Source: Octopus sinensis
Taxonomy: Eukaryota
DNA length: 13,256 nucleotides
Assembly: GCF_006345805.1 (NCBI RefSeq)
Contig: NW_021826168.1
Location: 1-13,256, forward strand
Reading direction: 5' to 3'
The translations under genes and the position numbers were made by a program. The notes under the pieces were generated by a model. It did no database searches and was not told the DNA's origin. It saw only the letters and a program-made list of their open reading frames with translations. This document shows, in pieces, positions 1 to 9,050 of the stretch; positions within the stretch are counted from its first letter, which is position 1, and the number at the start of each line of letters is the position of its first letter.

Positions 1-12
1 TATACATAAATA

Positions 13-98
13 TAAACTTACATACATGCACACACACATGCACACACACACGCACACACACGCACACACACACACACACACAACACACACACACATAT
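13..98. repeat. (CA)n / (CATA) microsatellite
   Basis: Directly visible CA run with a few CG/TG interruptions. A second TG/TA/CA tract lies at about 183-266. Confidence 0.95.
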
Positions 99-269
99 AG
101 ATTTCTTCACAACTGCCCGACGAACGGGAATATGAAAATCAGAGTAACAATTCTGTGATAATTTTTCTGCTTTAATAAATGGTATATGTGTGTCTGCGTG
201 TGTGTATATATATACACACACACGAGTGAGTGTGTGTGTATGTGTGTGTGTATATATTTATATATAACT

Positions 270-783
270 AATCAAAGACTTATCTTAAGCAAAAAGCAAC
301 CACATAATCTAAAGAAACTATTAACAAAGGCAAAATTCAACATGAACAAACAGGATGAAACACTCACAGTATCCAAGTGTAATGATAAGAGATGTAGAAC
401 GTGTCAATACATTCGTACTGTTAGATCCATTAGAACAAAAAAACGCACAGATTTTCGCGAATGCAGATATGAACTGCAAAAGCGGTAATTTGATCTACTG
501 CATTAAATACCAGAATTGCCAGGAATTATATATAGGTGAGACAGGGAATGTATTATCAGAACGCTCACGAGTCCACAGACAATAAATCTGGAACACCAAT
601 GTTCGCCAAATTCCAGTGAGCGAACATATAGAGACATGTGGTCAGAAAATGTTTCTAATTGTTTCTTTCCAAAAACTACATGATACAAATGAGGTTGGTA
701 GAAATATAAAAGAACAACGGTTTATTAAAATGTTCAAGCATGTCCTGAACGGAAATAATAGCATTAATATCTCTAGCATATAA
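270..783 (+). pseudogene. Penelope-like retroelement, C-terminal GIY-YIG endonuclease region (5'-truncated, inactivated)
   Basis: Joining ORF 186-488 to ORF 355-585 across a +1 shift in the A7 run (437-443) and reading through TAA 583-585 gives NQRLILSKKQPHNLKKLLTKAKF..SKCNDKRCRTCQYIRTVRSIRTKNAQIFANADMNCKSGNLIYCIKYQNCQELYIGETGNVLSERSRVHRQ*IWNTNVRQIPVSEHIETCG..KEQRFIKMFKHVLN.., ending at TAA 781-783. The Cys-rich linker, IY..YIGET, R..H and KE..FI..LN motifs are typical of PLE endonucleases. Confidence 0.9.
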
Positions 784-1108
784 ATAAAAGTAAGTTACAG
801 AATATCGGTACGCCTGGCAAACTGTGATGTTTAAGCTGCATGCAGATTGGTCAAAAAGGTATTCTCAAAATTCAGCTTGTTGGAAAGTTGTAAGAGGTAC
901 TGAATTTGTCAAGAACTCAACTGTCAGTTAAACACATTTCAAATTTGGTCAGTACACTACATATGGAAGCACTAATTTAAATTTTTGAGCATTACAAAAT
1001 ATATTTTTAATATTAAAACACCATAATAAAAAAAAAACGTGAAAACCAGACCATGTTTTAAATTTATTCAGCTGATATATTAATCTATGCACATTCACAC
1101 AAATTCGA

Positions 1109-1137
1109 AACAATATATATGCATATATGTATGTATG

Positions 1138-1181
<44 letters not shown>

Positions 1182-1221
1182 ACACACGAACACACACACA
1201 CACACACAACCCACACACACA

Positions 1222-1265
<44 letters not shown>

Positions 1266-1318
1266 TAATATATATATATACATATATATTATACACACAC
1301 ACACACACTACCATATAT
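1109..1318. repeat. Compound (TA)n/(CA)n microsatellite
   Basis: Alternating TA and CA blocks, directly visible. Confidence 0.95.
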
Positions 1319-1430
1319 ATAGTCTCAATTCAATGAGCAAGCAATTAAGAAAAAACGAAAAGAGAAAGAAAACGAACGTGCAGAGGGGCATAAGAATTAT
1401 ATCTGGTTGACACTCGGTGAAAGGAGAGAA

Positions 1431-1465
1431 TTTTTAACGTTTCGAGCATGGCTCTTCGTCGGAAA
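1431..1465 (-). ncRNA. Minimal type I hammerhead ribozyme motif, Penelope pLTR type
   Basis: The minus strand reads ttt-CCGACGA-A-GAGC cat GCTC-GAAA-CGT-T-aaaaa. Core box 1 has a U4C variant plus an extra A. Stem II is a perfect 4 bp. GAAA is followed by a palindromic ACGU stem III, and there is a short ttt/aaa stem I. Confidence 0.7.
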
Positions 1466-1542
1466 GGAGAAAGGGATAAGTCCAAAGAAGAAGAAGGAAA
1501 AAATCGTCAACGGCCCACGTATGTTTGCATTTCTGAATCATT

Positions 1543-1598
1543 ATATATATACATACATACATGCATACATGCATACATACCTACACACACACACACAC

Positions 1599-1644
<46 letters not shown>

Positions 1645-1650
1645 GACACA
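1543..1650. repeat. (CATA)n/(CA)n microsatellite
   Basis: Directly visible. Confidence 0.95.
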
Positions 1651-1744
1651 CATTTGCTTCTGCTCAGCAATATATCTTTCATTCGAAATGTTGAAGTTCA
1701 TATCTTGGTGTCGGGTATTTTCGTTTACCATATTCTCGTGCCAA

Positions 1745-1798
1745 CAAAACCTTGTGAGGGAAATTGAGTCGACGGAAACTGTGAGGAAGCCCGTTGCA
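1745..1798 (+). mobile_element. Short diverged fragment related to the middle of the CORE-type SINE
   Basis: aaaaccttgtgagggaaattgagtcgacggaaactgtgaggaagcccgttg aligns with aaagccttgtgagtagatttggtagacggaaagtgaaagaagcttgttg (about 11318-11366) and with the reverse complement of about 5592-5640. Confidence 0.65.
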
Positions 1799-1979
1799 TA
1801 AAATTGAAGGGTTATTCCAGAGCCCAATCTTGTTACGCAGTATAACGTGCTGATTCTGCTCGTGGATTATGTTGAGTGTACACGCGACCGCGGTGTACTC
1901 AACCACTTACACGCGCATGTAGTTCGGTTGATCGAACAAGTGAATGATTATCAATGGAGGAATCGACGGAGTTTTAAAA

Positions 1980-2384
1980 ACACACACGATACACAGACGC
2001 ATAGACAACACACACAGGCACATAGACAGACAGACAGACACAGACAGACAGACAGACACAGACACACACACATATACACACAAGAAGTAGAAAAGGTGGA
2101 AAGAGAAAACGAAGTGGAATTAACAGAAGAGGAAGAAAGAGAGGAAGTGGTAGTCGTCGTCGTCGTCTTCGTAGTAGTAGTAGTAGTAGTAGCAGAAGAA
2201 AAGAAGAACAAGAAAAAGAAAAAGAAAAAGAAGAGTGAAAGTGGGAAAAGAAGAAAATGAAGAAAATAAAGTAGTAGTAGTAACAACAGCAGCAGCAGTA
2301 GTAGTAATAGTAGTAATAGTAGTAAATGAAGAAGTATTAAAAGAAAAGAGGAAGTGGTAGTAGTTGTACTAGAAGTAGTATTAA

Positions 2385-2432
<48 letters not shown>

Positions 2433-2570
2433 AAGAAGAAGAAGAAGAAGAAGAAGAAGAAGAAGAAGAAGAAGAAGAAGAAGAAGGAGGAGAAGAAGAA
2501 AAGGGGGAACAAGAAAAGGAGGTAGAAAAAGACGAAAAAAGTAGAGAAAACAGAGGATGAAGACAAAGAT
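1980..2570. repeat. Compound (CA)/(CAGA)n then (GTA)n/(GAA)n low-complexity tract
   Basis: Directly visible; pure (GTA)n at about 2386-2430 and (GAA)n at about 2431-2485. Confidence 0.95.
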
Positions 2571-2830
2571 TAAAGAGGCAATCAAAATGGCGGCTGTGTT
2601 ATGAAATTTAGCGGTCTTTTTTCCCCTTCAGGCTTTTAGTAAGTTGTCTACAGAAGTGCTGATTTGACGCGCGCTGTTTCTAGCTGAGATATGGCGCGAA
2701 AGCAGTTAATACCAGTGAGGTTACCATAGCAATTAAAAACTGGTCTCTTTGCCAACAGCATTAGAGTTACGTCATAGGTGCTGCGACGTACCGTGCCGAG
2801 TTCGAGTCAGGCTTTAGGCTGTAGTTAATT
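2571..2830. promoter_or_regulatory. Candidate promoter/enhancer island (YY1, E2F, RFX X-box, CRE-like motifs)
   Basis: CAAAATGGCGGC at 2583-2594, GGCGCGAAA at 2693-2701, GTTACCATAGCAAT at 2720-2733, TTACGTCA at 2767-2774. The sequence is CpG-rich and unique, lying between two long microsatellites. Confidence 0.45.
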
Positions 2831-2833
2831 AAC

Positions 2834-2835
<2 letters not shown>

Positions 2836-2889
<54 letters not shown>

Positions 2890-2903
2890 CATCATCATCA
2901 TCA

Positions 2904-2985
<82 letters not shown>

Positions 2986-2992
2986 CATTATC
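2836..2992. repeat. (ATT)n-(ATC)n-(ATT)n microsatellite
   Basis: Directly visible and nearly pure. Confidence 0.97.
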
Positions 2993-3227
2993 ACTATGAG
3001 TGTTATGCTTGTAAATTTAACTGCCTTGCTATGTGTGCTGTGCCTAAATATGTGCGTGTATATGCGAGTGCTTGTATGTACCTGGGTGTGATTACATGGC
3101 TCTGCTTTGTGGGTGTAGGTATGTGTGTGTGTGTGTAAAGGTCCCTCACTAGCAAGTTCGTGCTAAAACCCGCGAGGTTTGTTACGTTGGATGCGATACC
3201 TAAAAGAAACTTCACACTGCGTTACAT

Positions 3228-3660
3228 AACATCGTCGTCATCATCATTGTCATAATCATCATTATCATCATCAACCTTATCGTCATCATTATCGTTATCA
3301 CCATCATCGTCGTCGTCATGACGTCATCGTCATCATCATTGCCATCATCTTCGTCATCATCATCATCATTGTCATTGTCATCATCATCATTTTCATTATC
3401 ATCATTGTCGTCTCATGACGTAGTCGTCATCGTCATCCTAACCATCATCATCGTCATCGTTGTCACCCTCATTGTGGTCATCTTCCACTTTCTCTTGGTC
3501 ATCACCTTCCTCCACATCATCGCCCTCGTCGTCTTCATGGTCATCGTCCTCCACCCCTCCTCTTCCTCCTCCTCAGTTGTAGCTGAATAAGGAGGGGAGG
3601 GGTGGTAGTTTTAGTAGAGACCGTGGTGGTCGTAGTAGTAGTGGTAGTGGTAGTAGTAGT

Positions 3661-3707
<47 letters not shown>

Positions 3708-3712
3708 CATTG
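3228..3712. repeat. Degenerate (TCA/TCG/TCC)n followed by (GTA)n
   Basis: Directly visible. Confidence 0.9.
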
Positions 3713-3995
3713 TAGCTGTGGTGATATTGTGATGGCGGTGGCCATAGTAGTGAAGGCGATGATCCTGATATGTGAAGGAGAAGGCGGTGGTTGCGAGAAG
3801 AAGGCACTCTCCCCTCTTTCATCAGATAGCCCTTGTGGGGCACTTGATCCCATACATGTAACAGTTGAAATTTCTTCCCTGCATTCACAGTCTGACTGCT
3901 GTCCTCTCTGCACCTACAAAGAAATATAACTCTGTGATAGCCAAGTGTGTTCTTGACGAATCATCAGGACTTGCGTGTCCACATATTGCTGCCTG

Positions 3996-4306
3996 AGTGG
4001 AGGCAAATGGCCTAGTGATTAGAGCAGTGGACTCGCGGTCGAGGGATTGCGGGTTCGAATCTCAGACCGGGCGATGTGTGTGTGTTTATGAGCGAAGCAC
4101 CTAAGCTCCACACGGCTCCGGCAGAAGGTAATGGCGAACTTCTGCTGACTCTTACGCCACAACTTTCTCTCACTCTTTCCTCCTGCATTTTGCAGCTCAC
4201 CTGCGACGGACCGGCGTCCCGTCCAGGCGGGGAACCTATACGCCAAGGAAACCGGGAAACCGGCCCTTATGAGCCAGGCATGGCTCGAGAAGGAATAAAC
4301 AACAAT
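3996..4306 (+). mobile_element. Full-length tRNA-derived SINE (family A) with 12-bp target-site duplication
   Basis: A box TGGCCTAGTGATTAG (about 4008), B box GGTTCGAATCTC (about 4052) and an (AAC)n tail. TATTGCTGCCTG is duplicated at 3984-3995 and 4307-4318. The 3' part cctgcgacggaccggcgtcccgtccagg resembles the CCTGCGATGGACTGGCG..TCCAGG motif I recall from V-type and related SINEs. Confidence 0.93.
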
Positions 4307-5139
4307 TATTGCTGCCTGTCCCCATCTGATCTTCTACTCTCACCGCCTACACTTACAGTACGAGCGGCGAACCAAATACCAATGACCGTCTCAATGCTGT
4401 TAGCTCAGACTCTTGCTTTCGCCTCCTTAGATTTTGTGGAATCATTAAGAGGACAGGTATGTGGCATATTCCATAGAGTGGTACAAAACATATGCAGTTG
4501 CGAGTCTGGTGTTTAAGACTGAAGACGAGGCAGGCAAACAAGCAAACTCTTCAACGCCGTCTATTTTTTGCTTTTTCGTTCTCAGTCTTAAATATCAGAC
4601 ACGCTCTTCTATACTTTACTCAACGGAACACTTGTCATTCGAAACATCGGGCAAGGCTTCTTTTATTTCTGTTTCTGGCTATTCTTTCTTCGATAAAACA
4701 ATCAGGCAAAGAGGCACTGGCTTTTGTGACACATCCCTACCACATTGAATTTTTTTCCTTGGGAACTGACATCTTTTCAATATTTTTTAATCACAAGGCT
4801 GCATTCGTTGACAGAATTTTGGCTATGGTTACTTGTATGTTTTAAAGGGTTATATCTGCATAATTTTCTTTTTATCTTGTTTGTTTTTGATTCTTTATTT
4901 GATTTTGGGCAAATTTTGAAACAAGCTGAGGCTTGTTTCAAAATTTGCACAAAATTTCGGAGCCGTATTCGCTGCTACAACGCGACTACGGCTAGCAACT
5001 TCCCGACCATTGCTCCTCCATATATATTAATACAAAGGGTCCTAAACTCAAAATAATGAAATCGAAATTTAAGGTGAAAGAACATCGACTTGTATTATTT
5101 CTGATAACTTACATCGTTTTGCTTAAAAAAAAGCAAAAA

Positions 5140-5266
5140 CATTTTTATGTGTGTACACATACATATGTATATATGTATCTATATATATATACATAATATG
5201 TACGTATATATATATATGTGTGTGTGTGTGCATGTGTGAGTATATGTAAATATGAATATATATATA
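5140..5266. repeat. (TA)n/(TG)n microsatellite
   Basis: Directly visible. Confidence 0.9.
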
Positions 5267-5486
5267 TTCTCTCTTTTACTTGTTTCAATCATTTGACTGT
5301 GGCCATGCTGGAGCACCGCCTGTAGTCGAACAAATTGATCCCAGGGCTTATTCTTTGCAAGCCTAGTACTTATTCTATCGGTCTCTTTTACCGAACCTCT
5401 AAGTTACGGGGACGTAAACACACCAGCATCGGTTGTCAAGTGATGTTGGGGTGGAACAACACAGACACAGAAACTATACACACACG

Positions 5487-5519
<33 letters not shown>

Positions 5520-5522
5520 TTA

Positions 5523-5586
<64 letters not shown>

Positions 5587-5736
5587 TATATACAACGGCT
5601 TCTTTCAGTTTCCGTTTACCAAATCCTCTCACAAGGCTTTGGTCGGCCCGAGCTACACTAGAAGAACCTTGCCCCAGTGGTACTGAACCAGGAACCATAT
5701 GGATGGGAAGCAAGCTTCTTACCCTCCGCCCCTGCG
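5267..5736 (-). mobile_element. Full-length CORE-type tRNA SINE (family B) with internal (TA)n
   Basis: Reverse-complement match to 11221-11663 in both the head (5592-5736) and the tail (5267-5470). B-box-like GGTTCAGTACC at 5689-5679. (TA)n occupies about 5475-5592. Confidence 0.88.
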
Positions 5737-5849
5737 TACATTTTATTTATATTTTACCTAATTTTAACTACTGGTAACTGAAATGTTTAAATGTCAAGAA
5801 CATTAACAACAGCAACAACAATAGCAACAATAATGTGGAAGTGAGCAAG

Positions 5850-6010
5850 CCCTCACGTACTCACATGACCTGCGAGAAATAACAGCTAAATCTCCCTCTG
5901 ATCACACATTCTATTATCTTTGAAGAGAAATACATAGTTCTAGATACACTATGTCTAAATAACAACCTGGGTGGCCATGACTGGAACGTCTTTGATCATG
6001 GATCACAGAT
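5850..6010 (+). mobile_element. Possible degraded interspersed repeat fragment
   Basis: gacctgcgagaaataacagctaaatctccctc...ggccatgactggaacgtctttgatcat resembles an octopus repeat I recall from memory. There is no second copy in the window to confirm it. Confidence 0.35.
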
Positions 6011-6025
6011 ATAATCGTGCGTTGT

Positions 6026-6590
6026 CGGTAGTAATAGTAGCAATAGTAAATGTAACATTCATTTGTAGTAGTAGTAGTAGTAGTAGTAGCAGTGGTAGTG
6101 GTGGTGGTGGTGGTAGTAGTAGTGGTAGTAGTAATAGTAGTGGTAGTGGCAGTCGTGGTGGTAGTAGTAGTTGTAGTGGTGGTGGTGATGGTAGTAATAG
6201 TAGTAGTGGTATTAGTAGTGGTAGTAGTAGTAGTAGTGGTAGTAGTAGTAGTAGTAGTAGTGGTAGTACTGGTGGTAGTAGTAGTAATAGTAGTGGTAGT
6301 AGTAGCAGTAATAGTGGTGGTGGTGGTAGTAGTAATGGTAGTTGTAGTAGTAGTAGTAGAAGTGGTGGTGGGGGTAGTAGTAGTGGTAGTAATAGTAGTA
6401 GTGGTGGTGGTGGTAGTAGTAGTAGTCTTAGTGGCAGTCGTAGTGGTATTAGTAGTTGTAGTGGTGGTGGTGATGGTAGTAATAGTAGTAGTGGTAGTGG
6501 CAGTAGTGGTGGCAGTAATAATAGTAGTAGTAGTAGTAGTAGTAGTAATAATAGTAGTAGTAGTGGTAGTACTGGTGGTAGTAGTAGCTA
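6026..6590. repeat. Compound (GTA)/(GTG) trinucleotide tract with internal higher-order duplication
   Basis: Directly visible; the marker agtcg..ttgtagtggtggtggtgatggtagtaat recurs at 6151 and 6436. Confidence 0.92.
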
Positions 6591-6692
6591 CTGCACTACC
6601 TTATCACATGTCGGTATTATCATTACTAACATCACGTGATAATTAGGTTTCGGTTAAACTTTAGAATATTAAGAATTCAGAACTCTCCTTAC

Positions 6693-6960
6693 AGTGGTGG
6701 CGGCGTAGGTGGTGGTGGCGGTGGTGTTTGGTGATTATGGCAGTGGTGTGGGTGGTGGTAGTGGTGATGTTAGTTGCTGATAGTGGTGGTGGTGATGATG
6801 ATGATGATGGTGGTGGTTGTGGTGGTGTTGGATTGAAGTGGCAGTAGGGGGTGTTGGTGGTGTTGAGGCCGGTGGTGGTGGTAGGGGAGAAGCTGGTGTT
6901 GTTAGTTGCGTTGGTGCGAATGGTGGCGGTGGTGTTGGTGGTGTGAGGGGGGTGGCGAGG
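6693..6960. repeat. Degenerate (GGT)n/(GAT)n tract
   Basis: Directly visible. Confidence 0.85.
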
Positions 6961-7009
6961 GTTTGAAGGTGACAGAAATTAACGAAAAAATTTAACGGTG
7001 ACATATTTC

Positions 7010-7229
7010 ACACGCATGCGCGCGCACGCACACACACACACACAAACACACACACATACACACAAACACACACAAACATACACACACACACACACCACTC
7101 ACTCTCTCACACACACACATATAGACAAACGCACACGCACACACACACACACACCACACACATATAGACACACACGCACACCACACACTCTCCCTCACAC
7201 ACACACCTATAGACACACACACACACACG

Positions 7230-7261
<32 letters not shown>

Positions 7262-7719
7262 GACACACACACACCACGCACACACACCTACAGCCATACA
7301 CGCATACATTCACAAATTCACACGCATCTATACAAACGTACATGTCCACAGACGTCCACATACCTCCATATACGCATATACATACATACACTTACAAACA
7401 CACACACACTCACACACACACACGCAGACACACACACACACTCATACATTCACAATCACATCCACAAATACACATACTCTCCTCTCTCTCTCCCTTTCTC
7501 TTTCTGTTTTTGTCTCTCCCGCTCTCAACTTCATTTTCCTTCCTTCCTTCCTTTCTTTCTCTCTTTCTTTTTTTCTTTCTCACTCCCTTTTTCCATTTCA
7601 TTCTCGCTCCCTCTCTCTCTCTTTCTCTCTCTCTGTCTCCCGTCCTCTCTTTTTCTCTTCCTCTTTTTCTCCCTTTCTCTCTTTCTTCCTTCCTCTCCCT
7701 CTTTCTCCTCGTCTCTCTC

Positions 7720-7759
<40 letters not shown>

Positions 7760-7775
7760 ACACACATGCACACAC

Positions 7776-7820
<45 letters not shown>

Positions 7821-7830
7821 CACACACAAG
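7010..7830. repeat. (CA)n - (CT)-rich polypyrimidine - (CA)n low-complexity block
   Basis: CA at about 7010-7475, CT at about 7476-7727, CA at about 7728-7830. Confidence 0.93.
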
Positions 7831-7879
7831 CAAATAACATACATACACACTCATTCCACTTATACGACGATTTGGCGGA

Positions 7880-8600
7880 GAGGCAGGAATGCTTTGGGAT
7901 ACACTTATTGGGTTTCGAATCCTTCCAGCGCCAATTTTTATTTTCCAATGGTCGATAAAATAAGTACAATACAAACCATTATAGTCGACAGAATCAATAA
8001 ACATCCTATAATTCCACAGAATGTTCGAGAACAAATGACAGACATCCTAGAGAGAGCGCAAGGATTTTATGCGACCAATTGGGAGAACCGTTAGCGCGTC
8101 GGACAGAATGTTTCGTTGTGTTTGTTCCGGCTCGCTAGCCTTTGAGTTCAAACCACGCCACAGCTAATTTCGCTTTCTTATTCTTTCAGGGTCAGCAAAA
8201 AACAAAAAAGAAAAAAAAAACAAAACAAAAGAACCAATTTAAAACGGTAGACTGGCCACGGAACTCCAAGAACGTCAGACCGGATGTCTTGCCGCATTTG
8301 TTCCGGCTTTTCGCATACTTCAAATCCTGCTGATGTCAGCTTTGTCTGTTATCTTTTCGTGGTCAGCATGAAAGCACCATTCGAAGGCGGCACCGGCTAC
8401 TTTCAATCTGAGTTCAAACCTAGCTGCGATCAAATTTACATTGAATTTTTGTTTTAGGGGTCGATGAAAAAATTAACAATCCAAGATGGGGAACTGGTTG
8501 AACAATTAAAACGTTACACAGAATGTTTAGCAATATTTCTTCTGGTGTTTTGCATTCTAGGTTCAAATCTCGACCTAGCCTAAAATTAAACAAGGAAATT
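7880..8600 (+). mobile_element. Several old, degenerate family C-like SINE remnants
   Basis: Recurring family landmarks: gtcgataaaataagtac (about 7951), agaaccgttagcgcgtcggacagaatg (about 8084), tgagttcaaa (about 8143, 8409), ggggtcgatgaaaaatt (about 8457) and ttctaggttcaaatctcg (about 8555). Confidence 0.55.
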
Positions 8601-8710
8601 CCTGAAACTCTCCGAAGCAATGAAAACAAATCGCCATTTCATACTTTACCAAATTATTTTTCTTTCTGGCTTTCAGTTGGCCACATTTCCGGCAAAAATT
8701 GAAGTTAATT

Positions 8711-8853
8711 CGTTCTGAGTTCAAATTCCGCCGAGGTCGACTTCGCCTTTCATCCCTTCGGGGGCGATAAATTAAGTACCAGTTGCGTCCTGGTGTCGAT
8801 CTAATCGACTGGTCCCTGCCCCAAGAATTTCGGAGTAGAAAAGAATATCATTT
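8711..8853 (+). mobile_element. 5'-truncated tRNA-SINE (family C) with 16-bp TSD
   Basis: Starts at cgttctgagttcaaattccgccgaggtcgac. AAAATTGAAGTTAATT is duplicated at 8695-8710 and 8854-8869. Confidence 0.88.
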
Positions 8854-8880
8854 AAAATTGAAGTTAATTAGAATAGCGAC

Positions 8881-9042
8881 TAAGACGGTGGGCTGGCAGA
8901 GTCGTTAGCACGCCGGGCAAAATGCTTAACGGCATTTCGTCAGTCCTTACGTTGTGAGTTCAAATTCCACCGAAGTCGACTTTGTCTTTCATCCTTTCGG
9001 GGTTGATGAAATAAGTATGAGTTGGTCACTGGGGTCTATGAC
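8881..9042 (+). mobile_element. tRNA-SINE (family C), head intact, 3'-truncated
   Basis: A-box-like TGGCAGAGTCGTTAG and B-box-like GAGTTCAAATTCC; homologous to the reverse complement of 9658-9826. Confidence 0.85.
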
Positions 9043-9050
9043 AAAGAAAT

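Noticed and set aside
1072-1130. Possible second hammerhead downstream of the PLE ORF (CTGATAT...CGAAAC + palindrome)
   Set aside because: G8 of the core is missing, stem II is poor, stem I cannot form, and the palindrome is part of a TA microsatellite.
2621-2644. 7-nt microexon (ttccccttcAG|gctttta|GTAAGT)
   Set aside because: It would shift the reading frame and there are no flanking exons; such motif pairs arise by chance without RNA evidence.
3810-3860. WDQVPHKGYLMK resembling the LINE RT motif AFDxVPHxxLLxKL
   Set aside because: The flanking RT residues (DLSKAF upstream, downstream motifs) are absent, and the match is too short to support.
3996-4075. tRNA gene
   Set aside because: A and B boxes are present, but the sequence continues into a SINE body with a tail and TSD, and I could not build a full cloverleaf with an acceptor stem.
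5971-6646. 222-aa Ser/Gly-rich and 184-aa poly-Val ORFs
   Set aside because: These are translations of a (GTA/GTG) tract that is open in two frames, with no non-repetitive domain or splice context.
6998-8094. 279-aa and 250-aa His/Thr- and Leu/Ser-rich ORFs
   Set aside because: They are CA and CT repeat translations; the unique-looking C-terminus overlaps decayed SINE sequence.
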